A stretch of DNA of 64,000 nucleotides from Antedon mediterranea (GCF_964355755.1 NC_092678.1:13700352-13764351); one strand, 5' to 3'; counted from the first letter of the stretch, positions 38,105-51,491 are shown. Notes: generated by a model not told the origin, from the sequence alone. Program-made: numbers and translations.

Positions 38105-39614
38105 GCTATTCTGATTCCCAATTACTGCATACCTACCTAAAACTGAGGAACAAATAGCCACTTGCAGTAACAGTAGTAGGCCTAGTAGATGAAAGCTATG
38201 AATGTATGCCTGTAATTAACAACAGAAACCAAAATAAATAAATTCCTATAATCAAATTGCTCAAAAAATATAAAACTAGGCAAAATGAACTACATTTTAT
38301 GACTAAAAAAAAGACATCTTTGATCCTGTTTTATTTATATAGAACAGTTGAGAGAGAATTCCAGAGCAGAATATTTAGTCCTACAAGGCTATACATTAGG
38401 CTACATTAAATATAAGACATCTGAACTAAAAATATAGCCATCATGATTAATATTGTGACTACTGCATAACTCTAGGCCTTGCCAGCAGGCCTGTTATGTT
38501 ATTCTAACTAGGCCTAGAGGCCCTGGCTGGGTGAGCTTGTTGTCAATAATAGTATTACAGGCCTAGTAGGTTAAAATGTAAGTATAAGTATAATTATTAT
38601 ATCATAATATAACAATTAAGTAAATGTTTCGATATTGTATGTAATTTTGATTGATATATCATGCACCCACTAACACTAACACTACAGTCATTACCACATG
38701 CGTGTGCGGTACACTGTCAACGCCGCTGCAGATGCATACAACATGTGACATGAGGACCTTTTTTCAAATGTTCGGTAAAGGGAGCTTGAATAAGGTTTCA
38801 AGCCAATTTCAACATAAAACAGACCATTAATACTTACTCTATCCATATATACCGTTTTTAAACAAAATTACTGTCTGGGATGCAAATCCCACTAATGGAA
38901 ACTTTGTAAACAAACACCCATCCAAAAAATGTTGGCTTCGGTGGACGCACATGAAGATTTCAATAAACTTTCCCTGACAACTAATCTAATGTATTATTCA
39001 TGAAAAGGTGGTTACCTGGTACATCTTAGATATATAAGGAATCGATATCACCATATATGGTATTTCTCTGGCCCACTAATGTTTATTTAACAGCAGTTAA
39101 ATGACGTACACTATATGCAAATGTTTTCGCGCGAATCATTGACGGTTCTGTGACGAGAGAGGGCGTCTAAAATTGATGACGTCATGCAAAGTCGAAAATT
39201 TCACGATAACGGTCATATTTCCCAACGCGGCTCTCCGACTGTTGACAATGTAAATAGAATTCAAGGCTCGCGCGGTTTCCGTAATCACTGTGAACGTCGT
39301 CTGCTACCACTCTCCTCCGTCTGAGGGCGCTGGACTTTTCAGAAAAATTATGCATAGCGGGAACAGCTGTGAATCCTAACAGTAGTTTTCAAACTACAAT
39401 GGTTGGAAGTACATGGACCCTATACGAAGTATGGGTGGCTACACTGTAAAAGGTAGCAAAATTGTGATTAAAAACTAGATTTTCCGACGAGATAACACAT
39501 ATTTAAGGGATTTGATTTATGAAATAGGCCTAATATGAAGCTTTTATTTCTACACATTTTACCGTTTGAACCAGATAATTCCGACGATTAATAATGGAGA
39601 AAATTTTAATAGAA

Positions 39615-41084
39615 CTAGATGGTACGCTCGCTTTGCTCGCGTACCATCTAGGTCGTGCCCACAGATGGTTCTCGAATACTAATAATGTCAGCGTTAAAAA
39701 ACTGGCGATTTCAAATGTACGTACCGCAGGACAATAATACATGTCGTTTACAGGAACGAATAAATAGACACTGTGATTTATGTACTCAACTAAAATTAGC
39801 ACCCTGGGAATTACTTCCGAAAAAGAAACTTGTCACAAAATGAGACCAATTGTTTAAGTCAAATTTAAACAAACTTAATTTGTGTTTTATATGTAACATT
39901 AGGGTTGAGGGATGGGGAAGAGGATGGGGCAAAGAGGAACAGTTTTTAAATATATTCTTTATCTATTTATTCTTTATTTATTTATTTATTTAGTAACGAA
40001 ATATTAATTGTTTTCATGTTTTACAAATAATATACCACTAAACACAGTAAAACATTGCGATGTAATACTTTTTTGAAACTATCACCGTCCTAGTCGATTG
40101 AAAAGTACAGTACGTGTAACGACACATCACTACGACGTGTATATGTTTATATAATGTATAACAATTTGTGAAAACCACCTCTATTCGCGGCAAATCATAA
40201 ATTCGATTTAATCTTCAATAAATATTAAATTATCTAACTCAACTTAATTAGTAGGCCTAATGGTTTTCAATTGTTTCTTAGAGCCAATTCATACTTAAGT
40301 TGGTTCCTACCCTACCCACCAAAGTTGTTCTGCGTTTAAGGCATGTGATGCACTGTAGGCCTATCCTCTACTGGCTTTACAACGCTACTCATGCCAGTGA
40401 GGGAAGGGTGATGATGTGGGTGGTTTAACTGCAATAATAAAGATTTGTACATAAATATACTGCGACTGAAAACGCTAGCTCATTATCCGTTTAAAAAAAA
40501 TTATATTCAACCTCTGCAGCACAGATTGAAAAAAAAATGGATCGAATTATTTTTTATGAGTATACAGTACTTTCCTTTACGACGCCTGAGGGAATAGAAA
40601 CTTGTGGAACGACACAGAGATTGGAATGTTCCATTCTTCGCAAATCAATACATTTGTATAAACGTATATTAAATCTATCAAAATAGTATTTTTTAAAGAA
40701 AATCGGCCTGTCTTCAACATTATGATACTGTACTCGAGCTGTTCAACCGGTTTTCAGCTATTAAAATCAATTATCGTAGGAGGAGATAGGAAAATGCGAA
40801 ACCTCCTCGCATTTTTGTGGCGGGTATTTTTCAAGATGGACATCCATTAGACAGTGTATACCACGATCGGAAAACACCCCTATTTGGGGCAAATCGTTGA
40901 ACCTAAATTCGTTTTAATCGTCAATAACTAATTATCTAACTCAATTTAATTAGTAAACAGGGTTACATCAGGTGGTTAAAATCAGTACCGAAAGTACGAA
41001 CCAACTTTATATACCATCGAGTAAAAATTCTAAAAGTAAGGCACGATTTACCGAATTTTGCCCTTACGTAAATTTATATATAGA
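39615..41084 (-). mobile_element. Non-autonomous Helitron, full-length copy 2
   Basis: Reverse-complement homologue of 17420-18881 with the same A|TC and hairpin-CTAG|T ends. Confidence 0.85.
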
Positions 41085-41190
41085 TAATGATGATTTTTGC
41101 ACAAATTGGCCACGTTTCAAGGTGTACGACAGCGCGCGAGTGTCGCTTTTATTTACGGAATATAACATTGATATATTATACATTCATATG

Positions 41191-41900
41191 AATGCGATGT
41201 AAATGGCGATTGTAAACAAAACAGACGAAAGGCTTTACGAAAACGAAAACTGCTTTAATCTCACTCTTCCCTGATATTTTAGTATACTATCACACATGTT
41301 CTAGCTAATCCACTATAAAAAGAATAATACCATTTATAATAGACCCTATAGTTTATTTTATTTTATTTATATAGTGTGTAGTCAAAACTACTACCCCACA
41401 TTTTGTATCTATTCTAAATCTGCTATAAAAATAATAATACCATTTATAATGCGATGTAGGCCTAAATGGCAAATATAAAAAAAACAGACGTTAAGGCGAA
41501 ATTGCAAAATTATATTTGTTGAAAATTTTTTTACAAATTCACGACTGCTTTAATCCCACTCTCCCCTGATATAGTGTAGTCAAAACTATTATCACACATG
41601 TTCTAGCTATTCCAAATCTACTATAAAAATAATAATAATACCATTTATAATGCGATGTAAATGGCAAATGTAAAAAAACAGACGTTAAGGCGAAATTCCA
41701 AAATGACAAATTTGTTTGATGGAATTTCATTAATGCTTAAATCTCACTGTCCCCTGATATATTGTAGTTAGTTTAAAATACACACATGATCTATAGCTAT
41801 TCCAAATCCACTATAAAATACTATTTATGCGATGTAAATGGCGAATGTAATGGAACATTATGGAAATAATTCACGACTGCTTTATCTCACTCTCTCCTAA
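41191..41900 (+). repeat. ~170-bp tandem repeat array, right part (about 4 units)
   Basis: Same unit and orientation as 19690-20115. Starts at aatgcgatgtaaatggcg. Confidence 0.8.
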
Positions 41901-44719
41901 TATATTGAAGTCAATATACCAAAATAAACAAAAATTGATCTCTTGATTAAGAAAATTGAATTAGCAGCCAACGTTTCACCAATAAAAATTACTGTCGAAC
42001 CCAAGAAAATTTATCATAGGCCTACTTTTTATTAACATAATTACGATATAATCATGTTTTGTATTAATAATGATATAAATGACTATAATTATTTGTCTTA
42101 TTTTTTTTTATATTGTCCCTGACGACTCAATTGCTGTCCATTTCCCTTTAGTATAGGGGTTGGCTATAGTGTTAAAACATTAAAAAAAATCTCGTTTATC
42201 GGGAAATATTCCCCTTAAAAGAGCTATCCCCCCAAACGAGGGGTTCTCCTATAATAATAAATGTATAGGCCTACACTATAATAGCTTATGAGAAGACAAA
42301 TTTACTACACAAATGTTATAATGTAAAAGAAAAATACTAGTGTCAATTTTTTTTTTTATTAACTTAGGCGCACTTTTAGTAAAAATAATGTTGTAAATGT
42401 ATTATAGAACCATAGGCATCAAATTTTGAAAATTAAAAAATGTCTAAATCATCTAAAATTCTAGTAAAGTACACAATTTTTTTACACAAGATAAATAAAT
42501 ACATATAAAATTATTGTACTAAATTTGAACAAAATTGAAGTTGGTTAAGTATTTTTCCGCGATGGTTTTTTAATGATGTTTTACAGTTTTATTTTATCCA
42601 AATAATACTAAATATCTATTACTAATAAAAATCTAACTTTTCGATATACTGTATTAACATTTTGAAATTAAATACTCTTTTATGAGTGGAACACACTTAT
42701 GCTATTAAATATTAAATGTAATGTAATTATTAGTCATTAATTAGATATTATGTGACTTTTTTCCCCGTTATTTGAAACCTACGCGAAATAAAAAGAGAGG
42801 ACGCTGTTTTACTAGTAATAGATATGGTTATTGTGTGTACTATGATGAGAACATTACTCAATAAAATGGAAGTTTACTATTGTATTATTTTGTAAAATGA
42901 ACATTTATGTTTTATTAATATTTTGCAACAAACTAAAATTCTTTTGAGTAGTTTATAGATATTTGTTTGTTTGTTTTGTTGTTTGTGATATTTTAGTAAA
43001 ATTTTTTTTAAATTGAATTATATTGCTATTTGTGATTAAATAAACAAAGTGAATAAATAAAGTTTAAAAAAAAATAAATATTGAATTAACATCTTTAATT
43101 ATTTGTAGGCCTAAACCTGATCAAATCCAATTTCTAAATATAAAATTGTTGATTTATCAAAGGATGTATAAGTGTATATAGCTACAGATAAGAAGATTGG
43201 AATTTAGTGGTTGCACGTTAAAGCGTATGGTTGAGCGTGGAGTTTGACTTTATCACATGGATGGAGTTGTTTCTTCTTGTCTATCAGCTGCATGCTAAAC
43301 TTCACCATGATTACGTTTTACCTAAAATTCTTCAAAAATAATAAATAAATAAGGCAAAAGTGGCAACGACCCCTAAACTAATAATACCATATAACAGACT
43401 CTTTTAAACACAAGAATAAATCTAAATTTGATTCAAAATGCTTATTTTTATTTATATTCCAATTGATATAACAATTACTGCTTGGATTAGTGAAAATACA
43501 GCAAAAAATGACTACTTTGATTGCTTTTTAATTATCAATTTAGAGTTATATGTACCAACAAAAATTAATGTTCATACAATAATATATTACATTAATTTAC
43601 TATTTTCATTTTCCATTTATTATTCATTTTCATTTATTATTCATTTTCATTTATTCCAGTGTAAAGGATTGCCATAAAAATACTCTATACAATTTGATTT
43701 ACATTAAAAGTGTACATTAAACAAAAACAAACTTAACAGATTTAGGCATAGGCCTATATATTATTAAAAACGACATTAAATGCTGAAATATTACAAATAA
43801 AAAATTGATGTTAGAAAACATTTGAACTAGATCATTGTAAGACCTACACATCAGAATACTTAATTTAAAAAAAATGATTATACAACATTTGCACACAGGA
43901 ACACAAACATAATTCATAAACAAAATTAGTCAAATTTTAAAATTAGACATTTAAAAATATATATAATTTTATTTAGTGTGTAGAGTAGCGTAGTTCTTGG
44001 CAGAAATTGAATGTTGTACTTATGAATTCGTTTATTTGGGATATATTAAAATAATATAAATAAGTAAAAGTAGTAGCCTACACAATTTTGAATATACAGT
44101 ACCTGTATACATTTAAGCCTAGCCTATATAACTTAACATTACATTATTTATTTGTAAATAATATAGCTAACAATAATTATATTATATTAGGCCTTGTAAG
44201 GCCTATAATGTGTGTATGCATAAGGTACTGTGTACAGTTTGATGTTTCATAAATTCTCAGAAACTTGGTCAGGCAGTATATAAATAGGCCTAGGCCTATA
44301 TTGAATTTCTGCAAATAAAAACAAAGAAAAATAATTAAGCATGCAATACTACATAGGCAGAGCAAGCTAGCCAGCGTAGGCCTTTAGGGCAGCCACCCCT
44401 AAACTAAGGCCTGTGTTAGGTAGGCGCCTTACCTAGCATCCCAGCCCTACGCCTATTAGTCCTAGGCCTAGTTAGTAGGCTACCATAGTCTAGCCTAGGC
44501 TAGGCCTATTCTATATACCATCTTCTCTATGATAGGCCTGGCCTAAAATGTACTTTATTAGCCTAGCAGTCAGTATGATGTAATCAGAAAATAGATGTAT
44601 TTTACTTTTCTTACCTCTTACTAACAAAAGCCAACTCAATTTTAATCTTTGCATCGAATGGAGGAAGATCGGAACCTTTGTTTATTTACTTTTCCAAAAA
44701 TATAGTTAATGCAGAGCCT

Positions 44720-44965
44720 GAAAGTCAGCAGGTAAATGCCAACGAGAAATCATAACGTTGCCGACGTATAGCAAACGCGATCGAAATTGTCCACACCTCT
44801 CAACTCAAGCAGGTCCGATGCCATGGTCCAAGCAGGTAAATGCCAGCAGGTAAGTGCCAGCAGGTAAATGCCAAAGGGCCTCACACACGCAGGACAACTG
44901 CCAATGTGCTCTCATGGCGGCAGAACGCATGCCATTGTGATCTTACACAAGCAGGTCAAATGCCA
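44720..44965 (+). repeat. Cluster of about 8 GCAGGTAAATGCC-like motifs
   Basis: Copies at ~44727, 44808, 44831, 44845, 44859, 44889, 44918 and 44950 with irregular spacing. Confidence 0.7.
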
Positions 44966-45007
44966 TTGTGCGCTCACACAGGCAGTAAAAACTCCATTGT
45001 GAGGCGG

Positions 45008-45082
<75 letters not shown>

Positions 45083-45083
45083 T
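45008..45083. repeat. (TA)n microsatellite
   Basis: Directly visible. Confidence 0.95.
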
Positions 45084-45196
45084 AAACACAAATCAGGCAA
45101 AGAACATTAATTCTAAACCGCCCGGTGATATACTGAAATTTAATTAATTAATTTGAAACGATAAAGATGAGGAAATCTGTGAGAATGAGAAAAAGT

Positions 45197-45268
45197 CGCC
45201 CCAACCGAGGCTCGAAATCGGACCGCCTGCTTGATATGCAGATGTCCTAAGCATTAGACCACTGGGGC
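45197..45268 (-). pseudogene. tRNA-like cloverleaf, anticodon ATC (Asp-like), copy 1
   Basis: Acceptor GCCCCAG/TTGGGGC, anticodon arm TCTGC-ATATCAA-GCAGG and degenerate A/B boxes. Confidence 0.65.
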
Positions 45269-45409
45269 TTTTATGGTATTGTTCGAACTCGATTGGATGG
45301 CGACTCTTTAACATTCTCGGCGTGGTACAGCGGAACAGCACTAGTCCTCAGTTGTACGCACGCGCACCAGAGATCAAATTGATACGCCCTCATCTTACAG
45401 TATTTTTAT

Positions 45410-45572
45410 TTATATATAAATCATACTGTAAATTATAGAAACAGTGCTCATATTCGGAACATGATCTCATAATCGCGTCAAGCATAGCTCATTGGCGAAA
45501 GTTCCGTATTTTTATGAGATCATGTTCCGAATATAAGCACTGTTTCTATAATTTACAGTATGATTTATATAT
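45410..45572. repeat. ~160-bp foldback/hairpin element
   Basis: ~60-bp arms tatataaatcatactgtaaattatagaaacagtgct...catgatctcataa and their reverse complement, in TA context. Confidence 0.85.
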
Positions 45573-45716
45573 AATTTACACAGTGCTACGCAACATCATT
45601 GATTTATATATATACACAATAGGCAAAGAACATTAATTCTAATCCGCCAGGTGATATACTGAAATTTAATTAATTAATTTGAAACGATAAAGATGAGGAA
45701 ATCTGTGAGAATGAGT

Positions 45717-45788
45717 CGCCCCTACCGAGTCTCGAACTCGGACCGCTTGCTTGATATGCAGATGTCCTAACCATTAGACCACTGGGGC
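45717..45788 (-). pseudogene. tRNA-like cloverleaf, anticodon ATC, copy 2
   Basis: A box TGGTCTAATGG and B box GTTCGAGAC. Confidence 0.65.
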
Positions 45789-46080
45789 TTTCATGGTATT
45801 GTTCGAACTCCATTGGATAGCGACTCTTTAACATTCTCAGCGTGGTACGGCGGAACAGCACTAGTCCTCAGTTGTACGCACGCGCAACAGAGATCAAATT
45901 GATACGCCCTCATCTTTCAGTATTTTTATTCATGAGGCGGGATCTCCGAAGAGATACTTTTATATATATAAACACAACAGGCAAAGAACATTAATTCTAA
46001 ACCGCCCGGTGATATCCTGAAATTTAATTAATTAATTTGAAACGATAAAGATGAGGAAATCTGTGAGAATGAGAAAAAGT

Positions 46081-46152
46081 CGCCCCAACCGATACTAGAA
46101 CTTGGACCGCCTGCTTGATATGCAGATGTCCTAACCATTAGACCACTGGGGT
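46081..46152 (-). pseudogene. tRNA-like cloverleaf, anticodon ATC, copy 3 (a partial copy 4 lies at 46445-46484)
   Basis: Same sequence with a mutated T arm. Confidence 0.6.
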
Positions 46153-49100
46153 TTTCATGGTATTGTTCAAACTCGATTGGATAGCGACCTTTTAACAATC
46201 TCATCGTGGTACGGCGGAACAGCACTAGTCCTCAGTTGTACGCACACGCAACAGAGATCAAATTGATACGCCCTCATCTTTCAGTATATTTATACACGAG
46301 GCGGGATCTCCGAAGAAATGCTTTTTATATATATAAACACAACAGGCAAAGAACATTAATTCTAACCGCCCGGTGATATACAGAAATTTAATTAATTAAT
46401 TTGAAACGATAAAGATGAGGAAATCTGTGAGAATGAGAAAAAGTCGCCCCAACCGAGACTCGAACTCGGACCGCCTGCTTGATAATATATTTATATATAT
46501 ATATTTATAAATGTTAGATATATATACTATATCTCTTCGGAGATCCCGCCTCGTAAATAAATATACTGAATAGATGATGGCGTATCAATTTGATCACTGG
46601 TGCGCGTGCGTACAACTGAGGACTAGTTGTTTTCCAACCGTACCACGTCGAGAATGTTAAAGGGTCGTTATCCAGTCGAGTTAAAGAGGAAACTAATAAC
46701 ATTTTATGTGACCTAAATATGTTACATGATGTGCCACTTAGCTCACTAATAAAGTTTATATATCGGATGTATTCGACATGTACTGGTACCGGAGTTTCCA
46801 GATAACATTATGACAGATGCTAGCCATTGAGAACTACACAATGATACCAAGAACATAATAATTAGATGTTTGATTCTTGCGTTAAATGTTAACCACTACC
46901 CCAAAAATATAAAAAATTTGAGATCTGATTTTGAAAAAATTGCCAAAAAATTTCATTTTTGCAAAAAGCTCAGTGACTGTTAATGTTACCCCCTACTCCA
47001 AAAATATATTTCTTTTATTGCAATTTTTAAGAATAAAAAATGACAATTTGTATATAATGAACTGCAATTTTAATTTTGTTAACATATATTTTCCTATTCA
47101 ATATGTCAGTAAGCACAAGTAAAACACAATTAAGATAAAAAATATTAAAAATTGTAGATACTATGTTGAAATTTATCTATATTTTGGCAAAAATTTGCAT
47201 TTTTACAAAAGGTCAATGACCCTTTGACCCCTACTGACCTTAATAATCGTCCGATTAATTGTATAAGATTTTAAATGATGTATGCTACACAATTGTACTA
47301 AGATAAAATTAATTAGATGTTTGATTCTTGGGTTAGGATAAATGTTACCCCCTACCCCTAAAAAATATTGGAAGATAAAACGCTGATGATCATTACAAAT
47401 GACGCAAGTACACACAATGCATCCCTATATTTTTCTTGTTAACATCGATTTTTTCGCTATGCAGGTGGGAAGAAAAAAATAGCAAAGAAGTTTAACTGTG
47501 GGGGAGGGTGCACGGTAACCCCTTCCAGTCTATGGACTATAAATGAAAATACATGTACCATGAGGTACATGTACACAAAGTATTTGTTGTATATTGTGTG
47601 TATATAGGTCCAGTTCATATCAGAATCAACAATAATAATTCTCTCCACAGCTATATTCATGTTATCAATATAACAACAGGGCTGGTAGGCCAACTTATCT
47701 GATGTTTCACAGAAAAATGGGTTGTTTTTAAGGAAGTTCCTGGCCTAATTGGCACTAACCCCCTCCCAAAATGCAATCTTTAAGTTACAATAAAAAAGTT
47801 ATTGCATAATCATTTATTTTTTGTGTTGAAAATTTACTCGGGTGTCACTAACCTAATAGCATATCCATTATTGCATGAATATAAATATTATTATGGCAAG
47901 TCACTTTCTAAGAAATCATGTAGACCTATGTACTCATCAACAACAAATAAAACATCAAAATTATCTATCCAATTAGCAAAATCTCAGCTGGTGCAGCACA
48001 TCGTTTATATAAAAAAAATCATCAAGCTGGTTTAAAAAGGTTGTTTACCAACTCTCTCGGGTAGTTGAACAGGAAAGGGATAGTATTTATGCATGTAGGC
48101 GCCTTTTATGTGTTTTGAGTCGAGTTCACATAAAATTGGCACTAAAAACAAACAAAAAATGCAGTTTCAATCATACTATTGCATAATAATTTAATTTGCG
48201 TTGAAACTTCACTTGCGTGTCACTCACCAGGCTTCGAAGAAACACGCGTTCTTTCTCGCCATCCCATAGTAAGATAAAATAACCACTCATTTAACATTTT
48301 CTCATGAATATTCATATTTTTTTTCGTTTTTAAGGCTCTATTTCGTTGTAGAGATAAGATAAGATAAGATAAATTTATTGAACAAACGCTTTTGTATCAG
48401 CGGCACACGTTGCGTTCTTTTACAAGGCAATGTAAAAACAAAAAGAAAAGTGTCAAACATAACATTTAAGTCTTAACTAAGAATTATACAAGTAAAATGA
48501 CATAGTAAAAACAAGGTAATCTTACCAGGGAAGAGTTAACTCTTCCCTGATCTTACAGACCGAACAATACTTAACCTACATGATGGAGTTAATTTTATTA
48601 TCTATTTAATATCAGTATTATTAATATTTTCAAGTTTAAAGCGAATATATTATCATTATTATTACTAAAAATATATATATATAAATTGCTAATTGATTTT
48701 ATTATACTGTTATTATTAAAATAAATGCAACTGTTATATGATTAGTTGTTCTTTGTTCTAGAGGTCACTCACACAAAACGTGGCTTCCGGGTAAAATTAT
48801 AGTGCGCCCTCTCTGGTTAGTTTATGGAAAATATTAGATTAAAACTACAGAGGGGCTATGACTTTTTGTTAACGAAATCACCAGGCCTGGCGTGCCATAG
48901 ATGAATGTAACACTAATTGGCATTTCCGTTCACGACAGAAGGCGACCTATAATAATGAAAATGTTTCGCACTTTACCCCATATTTCTTATTATAAAAGGT
49001 TTTTGTGAATTAAATAAATAAATTGGTTTACTTTTTCCCTTAATTGAACGATTACAAAAATGTAGTTCCTGAAGAGTTTAAACGTTATAAATAGTGACAT

Positions 49101-51491
49101 TGGCATTCGACAATTATACTGGTATACATACACGTATTTAATATGTTATACATCTCTTTTTTTCATTTTACTTCTCACTGATTTTCAACGTGTTTGGACG
49201 CCTACTAAAGAAAGTGTCACCGATAACTTTGCCGGTAAGAACATACTGTAAATATTATATTTATCACTAATGTTTTAATCACCATTTTAATGTGTTTTAT
49301 TATTTTAAATTATATTGAGGTAGGAATGGCTTCACAAATTGGCGTAGAATCGGATAATTGTAGAATTTGTATATATCAGTAATCTATTTGATACGCTTTT
49401 AAATGAGGCATTGTTAATTAGGTTATCATTAGAATAATATGATCACCTGTTGGTATTGTACAACATCTTACACGGTTTCAGCTTTTATAATCTTGAATAG
49501 CACCTTCAGGAAATTCCACATTTTATAGGTTTTTATTCCGGAGGTTATTTTTTGCATTATTTAATAAGGCATACTTCAGTAAAAGTAAATATTAAACTGA
49601 AACAAAAAGTAGTTGATACAATTTTAGATATATAAAATACTTCGATTTTATAGATATATTGAGGAATATGCACCCATTAAAATGTATACACACGTGGACA
49701 CAACGCAACCGATTAGTACAATGCAGACTTGATTATTTCATTACTATTAATAATTTAACAGAATTTACTAAAAATAGTGATATTTTCCCTGAAATGAGAT
49801 TGAGATTGAGAACATTTAAATAGCTTGCTATATGAAATGTGGTGGTAATTTGGTATTAACGTAAAATCTCAAGCTTTGCTCGAAATATTAATGTCAACAT
49901 TAGCGCGTGAATCGATTTTGTTTGTATTTTGGGCCTTTAATTGGTGACATTTAACCTCACCCAAAATAAAGCAATAATTGACATTTTATTTTTACTGCCT
50001 AATACAGTATACACATGTCATGCAGTACAAAAGCCATTGTTTTTTTCTAGAAAAAAATAACAACGAATTTATTAACACTGTTGTTTTTGGTAATTGTAAG
50101 CGAAATTGCATGGTTTCTCTCAGTTTCCATGGCTACAAAACACTATTAAAATTTACCAAAAATAAAATTATTTGTGGATTTATATAATTTAAGATATCTT
50201 CTTTCTACTACAATTTTAACAAGTTTGGATTGTCACATTTACCATTTTTTACTTTTGGCAAACATTGAAACGAGTCTGGCCCACTGTTCGATGGTTGCGG
50301 AAATATTATTGACTCCTGTAAAAATGTTTTAGAAGGACGTTTTGTATCGCTTGGTCGTTTTTGGTAAGACCTTTATTATAGGGCGAGGTAGGGAGGCGGA
50401 GTTTATTATTATTATTATTATTATATATACGTTTAATGTTTTAGTTTTATTTAGTATGGTAACAGTTATATTCAAATAAAATCCTCTAATTATGAAAAGT
50501 GGGTGGTAAAAGGAATAACAAATACTTGGTAAATTGAAGATAACAGTCCAATGAATTCTACTACAATATAATTGTGTTATAAATATAATACAATATTTTG
50601 TGTATTATATAATATTATCATTCTAAGTTTTTATTAGGAAGGTGTTGGGCGTTTTTTTTTAAATATATAACATCGTAATTGGTATAAGTAATATATTATT
50701 TAGTTTAAACATCTTTTGAAATTAACTTCCGCGACACAGTGGGTCGTTTCTTTCCAAGAAGAAAGACGTTTTAGACGGCTTGCAACATGGGCAGAAGTAT
50801 CTCAGGTGATAGCCTACAGTTATTTCTACTTACTCAACAACTCATATATCGGGGTTTCATGTATCGATTTAAAACAAACGGTCTTAACATCAGTTATCCC
50901 GATATAATTTTATATAATATTCCCCACAATTATACTTCGATACTTCATGAATAATATATTTAATTTGATCTTGGTTGATTTTTAGCATAATTTTTATTTT
51001 GCTAACTACTGACCCCTTCACACGCACTATTCGAAAATAAACACAATTTATGGTAGCCTATGTATCAAAGATGGAGATTTTTGTCCCGAAGTTTTTCCAT
51101 TGTGCTCGTCTATGTCAGAAGTATGCATAATTTATATATAGATGAAAGAGAAATTAAAATAACCCAATATCCAAGTTTATCTTGCAAGATAAAAAATCAG
51201 TAAGAAAATTAATTACGTTACTAGAACATTTCACAGCAGTGTCATGATTAAAATTAAACGTCAGCAAATCACAGGCTATAATAGCTAGGTTGAAATAGCT
51301 AACAACACAAATAAGCCGTTAGATATGCAATGGCCAAAGAACCAGTCAAAGCATTAGGAGTCTATTTTTTATTACACGTAAAAAAAAAAAGAAAAATGTA
51401 ACTTTGAAAAAAAAAATTAAGAAATATACATTAAATCTATGGAAAACTAGACGACAAACTCTGGCAGGGAAAATAATAATAAATTAATAAT

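Larger units (their letters stand above)
20116..41190 (-). mobile_element. Putative ~21-kb composite DNA transposon (AcademX-like CA...TG ends) containing both transposase genes
   Basis: Left end CATATCAATTTTAATTATC versus right-end reverse complement CATATGAATGTATAATATATC. The flanks rejoin into one repeat unit (ccatttat|aatgcgatgtaaatgg). TSD is ambiguous (TAT/AAT). Confidence 0.55.
45084..46680 (-). repeat. Tandem ~360-bp units, each with a tRNA-like sequence, plus an inverted partial unit
   Basis: Units start at ~45084, 45613, 45970 and 46334, separated by TA runs. Inverted partial unit at ~46520-46680. Confidence 0.85.

Noticed and set aside
39286-39292. RSS-heptamer-like CACTGTG (CACAGTG on the minus strand)
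   Set aside because: No nonamer at 12 or 23 spacing, and no partner end or TSD found. A 7-mer is expected by chance.
44720-44965. CRISPR-like array
   Set aside because: Eukaryotic context, short degenerate repeats, irregular spacing and no cas genes.
45144-46225. Three near-identical ~65-aa ORFs
   Set aside because: Translation of the tRNA-like repeat unit with non-ATG starts.
49080-49600. Possible L2-type LINE 3' remnant on the minus strand
   Set aside because: Too degraded to support from motifs alone.
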